A stretch of 64,000 bases of DNA from Macrostomum lignano (Eukaryota). This document shows positions 34,201-48,301 of this stretch, piece after piece. The notes beneath the pieces are model-generated. The model saw only the letters and a list, made by a program, of their open reading frames with translations, did no database searches and was not told where the DNA came from. The position numbers and the translations under genes were made by a program. The stretch lies in the NCBI GenBank assembly GCA_002269645.1, contig NIVC01001296.1, forward strand, positions 62,001-126,000, given 5' to 3'. Position 1 is the stretch's first letter, and every line of letters begins with the position of its first letter.

Positions 34201-35134
34201 CGCGTGTGGGTAGGCTCAAGAGTGCAGCGAGTGGCTTGGACGGATGGAACACGTGAGGAAATTGTTTGAGACGCTGTCGAAAATTGGTGAGAAGCGCAGA
34301 GCTAGCTCGGAAGATGCCCGAGACGCGCAGCAGGCTCTGGAGCAGCTCACTGATGAGACTTGGCGTCTCACCTTTCTCCAATACGTTCCCCAGATGAAAG
34401 ATCGGGTGGAGTTTACCTCTAGGCTTGCGAGGCTGTACCAGCTGTTCTCACGCAAGATTCCAGCCGAGCCGCCGAGCAACGTGACTGTCACGATTCTTTC
34501 CCACGGCGGAATTGACCCACGCCTGCAGCTTCCAGTTGGCTTCCACTTTCCCATCGGTATTTCAAGCATTACAAGGGGAGAGCTGCAGAAAATCGCCCTC
34601 TACTCGCCCTGGGGCTGCAGCATCAATGCTTCCGTGACGTGCGGTATCATAACAGACACGCTCAGCATGCGCAATGTGCAGTTTGACAGGCCAGTGTATG
34701 CATTCAATGCTGTCCAAGGGCACAGGGAGGCTCGCCCCAGCGGATGGAACGAGCTGCATCGGTCGAGCGGTGGCATGATTCCGAGCGTAACCTTTACACC
34801 CCTGCAACTGTCCGACCAAGCGGTTGTCTCCCTGCGGGAAATGCTGAATGTCAGAATGCCAGAATTTGACTCCGTTGTGGTTCCCTACTTCACCTTCGGC
34901 GACAACGCGTGGCCATTTCCGACGGTGACGCTTTTTGAGGTCAGCGTCATGCTCAACTTGCTTGGCTTTTTTCGAAACATGCGGATCAGCCTTCAAGTGG
35001 CCTGCTGCCTGGACTGGCCTGGCAGAGATGAAGTGGTACCATGTGAGCAGTATTACGTAACCGGGACAAACACGATGCGCAATCGGAATGCTCCGGGTGG
35101 CGGAAGGTTTCACCATCTGGACGGCTTTCTGTGA
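31024..35134 (+). CDS. Apolipoprotein L-like protein with a C-terminal unassigned ILSHGG/VACC domain, about 608 aa (predicted 4 exons)
   Basis: Exons 31024-31279, 32222-32813, 33402-33459, 34214-35134 with phases 1/2/0, totalling 1827 nt. ApoL-type segment LKEIADEIDKIEKDVNISKTVGTSVSILGGVASIAAIVATG|GLAAPLIAGSVAVAGAATSGGASIT and ALIVWDVVELVKTAKDM. The link between exon 2 and exon 4 is inferred. Confidence 0.75.
31450..31918 (-). mobile_element. Non-autonomous TIR element, copy 2 (same family as 29427-29871, opposite orientation), in ApoL-like intron 1
   Basis: CACAGATACTAAAATGCCTAGAGGGGCCACTCAGG ... CTGAGTAGCCCCATCTATTGTAGTTATTCTAGTATCGGTG. Confidence 0.72.
32010..32080 (+). mobile_element. 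Degenerate tRNA-SINE head
   Basis: GGCCTAATAGTCTAGCGCGTCGGACTAACGACAGGAAGGTCGAGAGTTC resembles the head of the SINE at 30902. Confidence 0.4.
32222..32813 (+). CDS. ApoL-like exon 2
   Basis: Acceptor CCCACGCACAG|GT; donor CG|GTAAGT (an in-frame TAA follows if unspliced). Confidence 0.85.
32960..33345. repeat. 28-bp purine-rich minisatellite (GGAGAGAAAGAGAGAGGTAGTGACAGAC)n in ApoL-like intron 2
   Basis: Periodicity seen directly. Confidence 0.93.
33402..33459 (+). CDS. Putative 58-nt bridging exon 3
   Basis: Acceptor CCCACCTTCACTTTGTGCGAAG|, donor ATG|GTATTG; converts phase 2 to phase 0, as needed to join exon 4. Confidence 0.5.
34214..35134 (+). CDS. Exon 4: helical linker plus unassigned globular domain (TILSHGG, ALYSPWGC, WNEL, IPSV, VVPY, LQVACCL)
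   Basis: 307-codon open frame with exon-like codon usage, starting after TGGGTAG|. Confidence 0.75.
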   Translation, partial: AQECSEWLGRMEHVRKLFETLSKIGEKRRASSEDARDAQQALEQLTDETWRLTFLQYVPQMKDRVEFTSRLARLYQLFSRKIPAEPPSNVTVTILSHGGIDPRLQLPVGFHFPIGISSITRGELQKIALYSPWGCSINASVTCGIITDTLSMRNVQFDRPVYAFNAVQGHREARPSGWNELHRSSGGMIPSVTFTPLQLSDQAVVSLREMLNVRMPEFDSVVVPYFTFGDNAWPFPTVTLFEVSVMLNLLGFFRNMRISLQVACCLDWPGRDEVVPCEQYYVTGTNTMRNRNAPGGGRFHHLDGFL

Positions 35135-35584
35135 CGGTCGGGCTGCTAGACTGTCGCTGGGCTGTATGCCAGTAACGTGCATGTTTTGCAACTTCGGGTC
35201 TAACTCTAAATCGTAACCAAAAGAAATTTAGCTGCAGCCCTAAATCTGAAGTGTCAACCCCTCACCTTTTTCTGTAATGAATAGAAAGCTTGAGTGCATT
35301 AAAACTACTGAAATGTGCGCACGATAAAACGAGCGTAAAAGCCTCCGTACTGATGGTGGAGTATGTAGCAGAACGAAGAGAGAGGCAAGCATAGGCAGGC
35401 AGTCAATCAGCTTTATTTAGTGAATCGCAAGGAGTGGTGAGCATGAACAAAGATAAATGTACTTTGGGTCACGCAAAGACAACGAAAGAGAGAAAAAGGA
35501 GAGGAAGTGAGGGAGGGATTGAGAGGGCGAGATGTGGATGAGATAAAAATATTGACAGACATATAGGGAGGAGAGACAGATAGA

Positions 35585-38085
35585 GAGAGAGGAGGGGGAG
35601 GAACAGAGAGGAGGGGGAGGAACAGAGAGGAGGGGGAGGAACAGAGAGGAGGGGAGGAACAGAGAGGAGGGGGAGGAACAGAGAGGAGGGGAGGAACAGA
35701 GAGGAGGGGAGGAACAGAGAGGAGGGGAGGAACAGAGAGGAGGGGAGGAACAGAGAGGAGGGGAGGAACAGAGAGGAGGGAGAGGAACAGAGAGGAGGGA
35801 GGAACAGAGAGGAGGGGAGGAACAGAGAGGAGGGGAGGAACAGAGAGGAGGGGGAGGAACAGAGAGGAGGGGAGGAACAGAGAGGAGGGGGAACAGAGAG
35901 GAGGGGGAGGAACAGAGAGGAGGGGAGGAACAGAGAGGAGGGGAGGAACAGAGAGGAGGGGGAACAGAGGGGAGGAGGAGGAACAGAGAGGAGGGGGAGG
36001 AACAGAGAGGAGGGGAGGAACAGAGAGGAGGGAGGAACAGAGAGGAGGGGAGGAACAGAGAGGAGGGGAGGAACAGAGAGGAGGGGAGGAACAGAGAGGA
36101 GGGGGAGGAACAGAGAGGAGGGGGAGGAACAGAGAGGAGGGGAGGAACAGAGAGGAGGGGAGGAACAGAGAGGAGGGGAGGAACAGAGAGGAGGGGAGGA
36201 ACAGAGAGGAGGGGAGGAACAGAGAGGAGGGGAAACAGAGGGGAGGAGGAGGAACAGAGAGGAGGGGGAGGAACAGAGAGGAGGGGGAGGAACAGAGAGG
36301 AGGGGAGGAACAGAGAGGAGGGGGAGGAACAGAGAGGAGGGGAGGAACAGAGAGGAGGGGAAGGAACAGAGAGGAGGGGAGGAAGAGAGAGGAGGGGAGG
36401 AACAGAGAGGAGGGGAGGAACAGAGAGGAGGGGGAGGAACAGAGAGGAGGGGGAGGAACAGAGAGGAGGGGAGGAACAGAGAGGAGGGGGAACAGAGAGG
36501 AGGGGGAGGAACAGAGAGGAGGGGGAACAGAGGGGAGGAGGAGGAACAGAGAGGAGGGGAGGAACAGAGAGGAGGGGGAGGAACAGAGAGGAGGGAGGAA
36601 CAGAGAGGAGGGGGAACAGAGGGGAGGAGGAGGAACAGAGAGGAGGGGAGGAACAGAGAGGAGGGGAGGAACAGAGAGGAGGGAGGAACAGAGAGGAGGG
36701 GAGGAACAGAGAGGAGGGGGGAACAGAGGGGAGGAGGAGGAACAGAGAGGAGGGGGAGGAACAGAGAGGAGGGGAGGAACAGAGAGGAGGGGAGGAACAG
36801 AGAGGAGGGGAGGAACAGAGAGGAGGGGAGGAACAGAGAGGAGGGGGAGGAACAGAGAGGAGGGGAGGAACAGAGAGAAGGGGAGGAACAGAGAGGAGGG
36901 GAGGAACAGAGAGGAGGGGAGGAACAGAGAGGAGGGGAGGAACAGAGAGGAGGGGGAACAGAGGGGAGGAGGAGGAACAGAGAGGAGGGGGAGGAACAGA
37001 GAGGAGGGGGAGGAACAGAGAGGAGGGGAGGAACAGAGAGGAGGAGGAACAGAGAGGAGGGGGAGGAACAGAGAGGAGGGAGGAACAGAGAGGAGGGGGA
37101 GGAACAGAGAGGAGGGAGGAACAGAGAGGAGGGGGAACAGAGGGGAGGGGAGGAACAGAAAGGAGGGGGGAACAGAGAGGAGGGGAGGAACAGAGAGGAG
37201 GGGAGGAACAGAGAGGAGGGGAGGAACAGAGAGGAGGGGGAACAGAGGGGAGGAGGAGGAACAGAGAGGAGGGGAGGAACAGAGAGGAGGGGAGGAACAG
37301 AGAGGAGGGGAGGAACAGAGAGGAGGGGAGGAACAGAGAGGAGGGGAGGAACAGAGAGGAGGGGGAGGAACAGAGAGGAGGGGAGGAACAGAGAGGAGGG
37401 GGAGGAACAGAGAGGAGGGGAGGAACAGAGAGGAGGGGGAGGAACAGAGAGGAGGGGAGGAACAGAGAGGAGGGGGGAACAGAGGGGAGGAGGAGGAACA
37501 GAGAGGAGGGGGAGGAACAGAGAGGAGGGGAGGAACAGAGAGGAGGGGAGGAACAGAGAGGAGGAGGAACAGAGAGGAGGGGGAGGAACAGAGAGGAGGG
37601 GAGGAACAGAGAGGAGGGGAGGAACAGAAAGGAGGGGAGGAACAGAGAGGAGGGGGGAACAGAGGGGAGGGGGAGGAACAGAAAGGAGGGGGGAACAGAG
37701 GGGAGGAGGAGGAACAGAGAGGAGGGGGAGGAACAGAGAGGAGGGGAGGAACAGAGAGGAGGAGGAACAGAGAGGAGGGGAGGAACAGAGAGGAGGGAGG
37801 AACAGAGAGGAGGGGGAACAGAGGGGAGGGGAGGAACAGAAAGGAGGGGGGAACAGAGGGAGGGGAGGAACAGAGAGGAGGGGAGGAACAGAGAGGAGGG
37901 GAGGAACAGAGAGGAGGAGGAACAGAGAGGAGGGGAGGAACAGAGAGGAGGGGAGGAACAGAGAGGAGGGGGAACAGAGAGGAGGGGGAACAGAGGGAGG
38001 GGGAACAGAAAGGAGGGGGGAACAGAGGGGAGGAGGAGGAACAGAGAGGAGGGGGAGGAACAGAGAGGAGGGGAGAGGCAGAGAG
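35585..38085. repeat. 2.5-kb purine-rich minisatellite, 17-20-bp variants of GAGGAACAGAGAGGAGGG(G)
   Basis: Seen directly; gives three stop-free ~900-aa pseudo-ORFs on the minus strand. Confidence 0.97.
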
Positions 38086-39881
38086 AAGACGGGGAGAGAC
38101 ACAGAAGAGACATGATGAGGGAGAGAGCAAACAGAGAGAAGCAGAATCTGGTGGGCAGTTCACAGATAACAGCGTATACTTAGCTGGAGTTAAACTTTAA
38201 CCAAACATTAAAACATGGCTTTTCTGTTTTCTAACAACTTGCCCAGCACTTGACCAAACGCTGCATGATTCTAACCCCTAGCCTTCTCACTAAACCCTAA
38301 CACTACCTTAAGGTTGAACTCTAACGAGAAGCCGTCATTTGCTACCTGAAATTATCTTATGCATATGCTTTAATACCTCCACGCCTCATTGGTATAATTC
38401 TCAGCTGCCGTAATTCCTTAGTAGTGACTTTCACTAATACTGTCATTCAGACCTCATTGAAATAAACTGTGATCAACTGTGCGAAATTTTACCTGTAATT
38501 TTTTGCATTACAGGAGAACTACTAAGGGGGGAATTCCCCTGACAATTTTCCCAGCACCGGAGCAACGCAGGCAAAAATCTGACATAGTTGCAAATCTCCA
38601 AACTCACTTGGTGCCGCCTGTTGAAGGTCCCGACGGCGTCGTGGTGATGGCTGAATGCTTGAGAGACCAGCTGAGGATGTCCAGCAGTTGAGGCAATTGC
38701 CACTGTCGTCGAGGCTTGATTAGCGAAACTAAAGAAATTCGTAACAGGGTTTCCATATTCACATGGACGTGCCACCTGTTGAAGGTCCAGAAGCTCCGCC
38801 TGGGTAAAAACCAGTGACCAACGAAGTCAGAGCTGACGCAGACACATGCGGTCGACGTGCTGATGAAATTTGAAGGCTTGGCAAGGCTGCACTGAGGTGC
38901 AGTGCTGATTGGCGCACAGGGGTTGTACTGAATACACTGGCGCTTATGGGAAAAATCCGACCTTCTGGCAGAATAGTCGAATATCTCGTCGGTCCAGAGG
39001 GCTGGCGACTTGATTTTTGTTTGAGAAGGTGCGCAAAAGAAGCTGGCCCGTGCTCTTGAATTTCGTGTGCCTGCGTTGCTCCGTTCCGGCGCAGCAAAAA
39101 AAAATTTTCCACCCATTGGTAGTTCGACGGGCGGAAAAAATGGCTTTGCATTCCTACTGTTAAAGAGAAAAACAAACTGATAAGATGGCAAAGGTAATTT
39201 TTTAGCAAATTGCGAGCTAGCATAGGGAATTATAAACAGTAATTTGGCCTTATGCTGCTGCGGTGCTGATGTGTCATTTTTTTGCGGCGACACGCCGTCG
39301 CAACGATTGTTCCTTGACATGACCTGACAGATTTTCGCCTATATATCAATAGAACTAGCATAAAAGCGTCCGTGTATCAGTTTTATTCGTAGAGTATTAT
39401 ATGTTTCCTGCCTTTTTAACAAAACATTTCGATAACAGTATAACGTCGCACACAGTAAATGTAGCTTAGTCGTTTAAATGTACTTTCTTGCGCAACCAAA
39501 TATACATGTATATTTATGGCTTGTTATCACTTATTGCATTTGATAACCAACTAATCGCCACTTATGTCTCAATGACAGAAAAGATAGTTCCCGGGTTCGA
39601 AACCTTGTGCACCACACGAATTTGAGGTTGTCACTGAGAAGCAACTTGGGCCGTTCCTGCAGCATATTCCGATGTGGGTCAACCCTAACCGCGCAGTATA
39701 CACGTTTCTCATTGTCTGCTCAGTGATATCTGTGTACCGTATCGGTGTGTACTGCACGTGTGCGTGTGCTCATGAAAGATGGAGGAATAGCTCGTAGGCA
39801 CACTAGACCATTCTGCTGATTTATACAGGACACCAAAGTTGTTGTATATCAAGGTGGGAAACTGTTTCTGAGGTAAGATTA

Positions 39882-41769
39882 TCTCCTAATACTAAAACTG
39901 ACGCGATGTTTGTCTGTCTGTATGTCTGTCTGTCTGTATGTAGCAAGTGAACTCCTACAATTCTGCCAAGTCAACGTCGAAACTTATATGGGAAAACTGC
40001 AAATTTTCCGGAGCAGGCTTTAGGCTATTTTAATTTTTAATTTTCACATTTTAACATCCCTAAAAAAGCAGAAAACTGCTTTTTTAACCCCCAATAACCT
40101 TCTTTGGTCACTCTGCCTGGGGCTTCAGCCAGTTTGTAAAAATAGCCACCCCAACCTCCGCCCGCGGGCCGCTGTGTATTGAGGGGTGGTGGGTGCGCGT
40201 GTTCTGCGTTCAATGCAAATAAAACCCCCGCGTGTTGGGGGGTCGAGTTCAATTTAATGCTTCCCCCAGAACGGGGGTTGGGCTTGGGCTGAGTGTACAT
40301 AGCAGTTGTACAGTGTAAATAGATAGACTGTGTCGAAATTCATTTGGTTTTATTATCGGCGCCTTTTTTCTCCATAGGCAGCCAGCCCTGTGTATTAGCT
40401 TGGCAGTGAAATTCAATGAATTGCGACTGCGAGCTTCTCTAGCAAGCAGTCGGGAAATCGGTAAATTTCAAACGCTAACTGTTCCTCGAGTTTTAAACTT
40501 TGAGAGGAGAGACTTATATTGCTGGAAAGATCTTGCAACGCTGAGTTTGGGGATATAAGTTGTTTGCTTTATATATGAAAAGAAAAAGCACAGCATTTGA
40601 AAAACTATTTTCATACTTTTAACTTTCTGCAAAGATTGTACTTAGTTTTGCGAGACGTAATAGATAAAGTTGGGGGAGGGTTCAACTTCTCACTGCTGCT
40701 GTGTATTGGAGGGTTGATTTAGATTGCGCAACTGTTTATTTAACTTTAAATAAGACTGATACTGTCTGACTGAGAAATGGTTTGCGCAATTAATTGATTC
40801 AATTAATTCAACACGCAGCTCTGTGCAGCTCGAACCCTAACCCTAACCAATGAATTCTGAAAGTTAAGTTCTTTTTGACAGAGAAAATTTCGATTGAGTC
40901 CAGTTTCACGGAGTATTCTGATGGTTTTCGGTTTCACGGAGAGGATTTATTTTTCGTGGAGAGAATTTAGATGTATTTCTGTTTTACGGAGACGATTTTG
41001 ATGGATGTCAGTTTCACTCAGAGGATTTCCATGGAGCCCAGTTTCACGGAGAGGATTTCTGTTTCGCGGAGAGGATTTCTGTTTCGCGGAGAGGATTTCT
41101 GTTTCACGGAGGGATTTTGATGGATTTGGTATCTTCAGTCAGTCAGTAAAGAGAGTAAAGAGAAGAGTGAAAAGAGAAGAGAGAAGAGATTATAGAAAAG
41201 AGAGTAGAGATGAGAGAGGACAGATTAGACATGACAGATGGGAGAGAAGAGGGGAGTAAGGCGGGAACGAAGAGGGAGAGAGAAGAAAAGAGGAGAGAGG
41301 AGATGAGAGGGAATATATGAGATAGCAGAGGGAGACAGGAGAGATGAGAGGAGAGAGAAGAGAGGAGCTGAGAGTAGAGGAGAAAGAAATAGTGAGATGA
41401 GGCATGAGGGATGAGAGATGAGAGAGGAGAGAAGAGAGGAGAGAGGAGAGAGGAGAAAACAGGGGATAAAGGAGACAGAAGAGAAAGACGAAAGACGAGG
41501 GAGAAGAGATAAATAAGGTGGTAGAGATGAGAGACGTGAGAGGAGAGAAAAGAGAAGAGAGGAGACAGAAGAATCTGAGTCTGGACAATGGCAGTCAGTT
41601 TTTGCGAACAGGGAAAACAAGATATGGTATTTGAAAGGCTTTACAGAGGATTTGGAGATGATTTGGAAGATGGGATTCAAGTCATGGAATTTCAGCTGAT
41701 GGATTTCAGGGAATGGAATTCCGGTGATGGGAGTTCTTCCCCTTTCTCCTCCAGAGGAGGAGTTGGCCT
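39882..41769 (+). mobile_element. Helitron-like non-autonomous element, family 1, unit U1
   Basis: A|TC start (TCTCCTAATACTAAAACTG) followed by (GTCT)n; 3' hairpin CTCCTCC-AGA-GGAGGAG at 41746-41762. Confidence 0.72.
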
Positions 41770-41793
41770 TCCCTAATACTAAAACTGCTGCGA

Positions 41794-41824
<31 letters not shown>

Positions 41825-44416
41825 ATGTAGCAAGTGAACTCCTACAATTCTGCCAAGTCAGCGTTGAAACTTATATGGGAAAACTGCAAATTTTCCGGAG
41901 CAGGCTTTAGGCTATTTTAATTTTTAATTTTCCAATTTTAACATCCCTAAAAAAGCAGAAAACTGCTTTTTAAACCCCCAATAACCTTCTTTGGCCACTC
42001 TGCCTGGGGCTGCAGCCAGTTTGTAAAAATAGCCACCCCAACCTCCGCCCGCGGGCCGCTGTGTATTGAGGGGTGGTGGGTGCGCGTGTTCTGCGTTCAA
42101 TGCAAATAAAACCCCCGCGTGTTGGGGGGTTGAGTTAAATTTAATGCTTCCCCAGAACGGGGGTTGGGCTTGGGCTGAGTGTACATAGCAGTTGTACAGT
42201 GTAAACAGATAGACTGTGTCGAGATTCATTTGGTTTTATTATTGGCGCCTTTTTTCTATAGGCAGCCCTGTGTATTAGTTTGGCAGTGAAATTCAATGAA
42301 TTGCGAGCTTCTCTAGCAAGCAGTCGGGAAATCGGTAAATTTCAAACGCTAACTGTTCCTTGAGTTTTAAACTTTGAGAGGAGAGACTTATATTGCTGGA
42401 AAGATCTTGCAACGCTGAGTTTAGGGATATAAGTTGTTTGCTTTAAATATGAAAATAAAAAGCACAGCATTTGAAAAACTATTTCCATACTTTTAACTTG
42501 CTGCAAAGATTGTACTCAGTTTTGCGAGACGTAATAGATAAAGTTGGGGGGAGGGTTCAACTTCTCACTGCTGCTGTGTATTGGAGGGTTGATTTAGATT
42601 GACTGACTGACTGTGCAGTTGCGCAATGAATTGATTCAATTAGTTCAATATTTTTATCAGTGTCTTTTAACACGAAGCTGTGCGTAGTTCTAACCCTAAC
42701 CCTAACCCTAACCAATGAATCCGGAGAGTTGAGTTGTTTGACGGAAAAAATTCGATTGAGTCCAGTTTAGCGGAGACGATTTCAATGTTTTAATTTTGAC
42801 GAAGAGGATTTCTGTTACGTGGAGAGGATTTCGATGGTGTTCAGTTTCGTGGAGAGGATTTCGATGGTGTTAAGTTTCGTGGAGAGGGTTTCGATGGTGT
42901 TCAGTTTTGTGGAAAGGATTTCGATGATGTTCAGTTTCACGGAGAGGATTTCGATGATGTTCAGCTTCACGGAGAGGATTTCTGGTTCGCGGAGATAATT
43001 TATGATTGATTTCTGTTTTATGGAGACCATTTTGATGGATTTAAGTTTCAAGGAGAGGATTTCGAAGGAGTCCAGTTTCACGGAGAGGATTTCGATGGTT
43101 TTCAGTTGCACGGACAGGATTTTTCTGTTTCGCGGAGAGGATCTTGATGGATTTGGCATCTTCAATCAGTCAGAGAAGAGAGTAAAGAGAAGAATGAAAA
43201 GAGAAGAGAGATGAGATGATAGAAAACAGAGTAGAAATGAGTGGAGAAATTAGACATGACAGATGGGAGAGAAGAGGGGAGTAAGGCGGGAACGAAGGAG
43301 AGAGAAGAGAAGAGAAGAGAGGAGATGAAGGGAGAGGATATGAGAGAGGAGATATGAGATAGCAGAGAGGAGACAGGAGAGAGAAGAAAGGAGGGATAAG
43401 AGCGTACAGAGGCAATAGAAGAGAGGAAAGAGAGGAGAGAGGTGAGAGGTGAGAGGAGAGAGATGAAAGATCAGAGATCAGAGTTTTAAGAGAAGAAAGT
43501 AGTGAGGAGAAAGAAGAGGGTAAAGATGAGAGTGCAGAGAGGAGAGAAACGAGAGGAGACAGGTGGTAGAAAGGAGTGTAAAAACAGCAGATAAGAAAGG
43601 GGAGGGTGAGAGTGAGAGCATATAGGAAAGTGTAAAAGGGGAGCAGAGGAGAGAGAATAGATAAGTGAGTAGAGAAGAGATATGAGAGAGGAAAGACGAG
43701 GGGAGAGAGGAGACAGGAGAGAGTAAATTTGAAAGACCTGGGAGAAGAGATAAATAAGATAGTACAGATGAGAGGAGAGATGAGAGATGCAATGAGAAAA
43801 GAGATGAGTGAGAAAATAAGAGAGAGAAGAGATTAGAGATTAGAGAAGAGATGAGGGGAGATGAGAGGAGAGAAGAGAGTATGGAGAGGAGAGAAAAGAG
43901 AGGAGAGGAGACAGGTGATGCAGTAGAAAGGGAAGAAAGATGGTAGATAAGAAAGGAGAGGGTGAGAGCGTATAAGAGATACGAGAAATGAGAGCAGAGA
44001 GAAGAGAGAAAGTAGAGCGGAGACAATAGATAAGTAAGTAGAGATGAGATATGAGAGAGGAGAGAAAAGGGGAGAGATAATAGAGAAGATAGGAGAGTAG
44101 ACAGGAGAGGGTACAGACGAAAGACGAGGGAGAAGAGATAAATAAGGGAGTAGAGATAAAAAAGAGAGTAGGGTAGAGATGAGATGAGAGAGAGGAGAGA
44201 GAAGCGAGTCACGATAATAGCGAAGAGAGGAGAGAGTAGATATGAGAGACGTAAGAGTCTTTGAGCTATGGTCTTTGAAAGGTTTGTAAAGAATTTGGAG
44301 ACGATTTGGAAGATGGGGTTCAAGACATGGAATTTCAGTTGATGGATAATTCAGGGAATGGAATTCCGGTGATGGGAGTTCTTCCCCTTTCTCCTCCGAA
44401 GGAGGAGTTCCACTTA
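41770..44416 (+). mobile_element. Helitron-like non-autonomous element, family 1, unit U2
   Basis: First ~900 bp closely similar to U1; 30-bp internal repeats at about 42780-43140; AG-rich core; 3' hairpin CTCCTCC-GAA-GGAGGAG then TTCCACTTA. Confidence 0.72.
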
Positions 44417-45421
44417 TATACTAAAGCTGACGTCGTGGTCCGGTGGGCCGGGTTTGTCGACGATCTCCTCCTAGGATTCTTGCAACTCAACTTTCAAACC
44501 GGTACCAAAACATGTCAAATGTCCCGACGATGCTACAATTTAAAATTCATTTTCAAATTTCAATTTTAAGTGCTTCAAAAAAGCAGAAAACAGCACAAAC
44601 CAGACAGCCAGATGTCTATATATCGCATTCCATGGACTTCCCACTTGACGCTATTTTGTATGGTTGCGCCACAACTTTTCTCCTATCTCTGCAGTGTATT
44701 TCATTTCAGCTGGGGGAGGGTCGCCGGCACTTGAGAATTGGCGGCCTACTTGCTCAGTGTTAAAAAGGGGTGGAGGTGCACACTGCGCGAGAATGGATGG
44801 CTTGATTTTTTAACTCATCACAGAGTGTACATTGCGCTCTGCAAGTAAGAAACGGGAAAACTTGCACCTTAATTTCTGCTTTTAATTTTCAAGCTACAGA
44901 AAAGTGAATCACACCGTTGGAAAGAGTTTGAAAAACTGAACAGAATGGTATAATTTTCTGTTCCGAAATCTCAACTGCATCAGAGCAATTTGTCATAGAA
45001 AATTTCTTGATTTCAATTGTGAAAACGTTAAGTGGCTGGGGAGGGGTTTCATTAATTTCAATTCTGACTGTGCAATGCACAAGCCTAGACTCTCCCTGTG
45101 CATTTGGGGAGGTGCATGGGCTATAGACTGTACTGTAGATATTTACTGTACGCTTGCAAGTAACAAGGCCGACATAAATGAATATAAATGAATAAATTCG
45201 GCTAAATGCAGTGTACATTTGTGAGAACCGGGCTGCGACAGTGATGGCGCAATGCATATGCATCAACGGGGGCAGGCGATCGTTTCAGTAGCTCAATTTC
45301 GCTGGCCCAAGAGCTAGGGTTAGGGTTACGATATGGAGTTCTGCAGATTCAACATTCCAACCATGGGATTCCGGGGATTTCAATTCAGCGGATTTCTCCT
45401 CCAACGGAGGAGTTCCACTCG
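44417..45421 (+). mobile_element. Helitron-like non-autonomous element, unit U3 (family-1 termini, different interior)
   Basis: Starts TATACTAAAGCTGACG; ends with hairpin CTCCTCC-AAC-GGAGGAG plus TTCCACTCG. Confidence 0.6.

Positions 45422-48301
<2,880 letters not shown>

Noticed and set aside
35413-38163. Three ~900-aa minus-strand ORFs rich in L, S, P, C and F
   Set aside because: They are translations of a pyrimidine-rich minisatellite strand that lacks stop codons in all frames.
38470-39320. GC-richer stretch with overlapping ORFs and a duplicated PPVEGP motif
   Set aside because: Frames are interrupted, there is no recognisable domain and no consistent splice signals.
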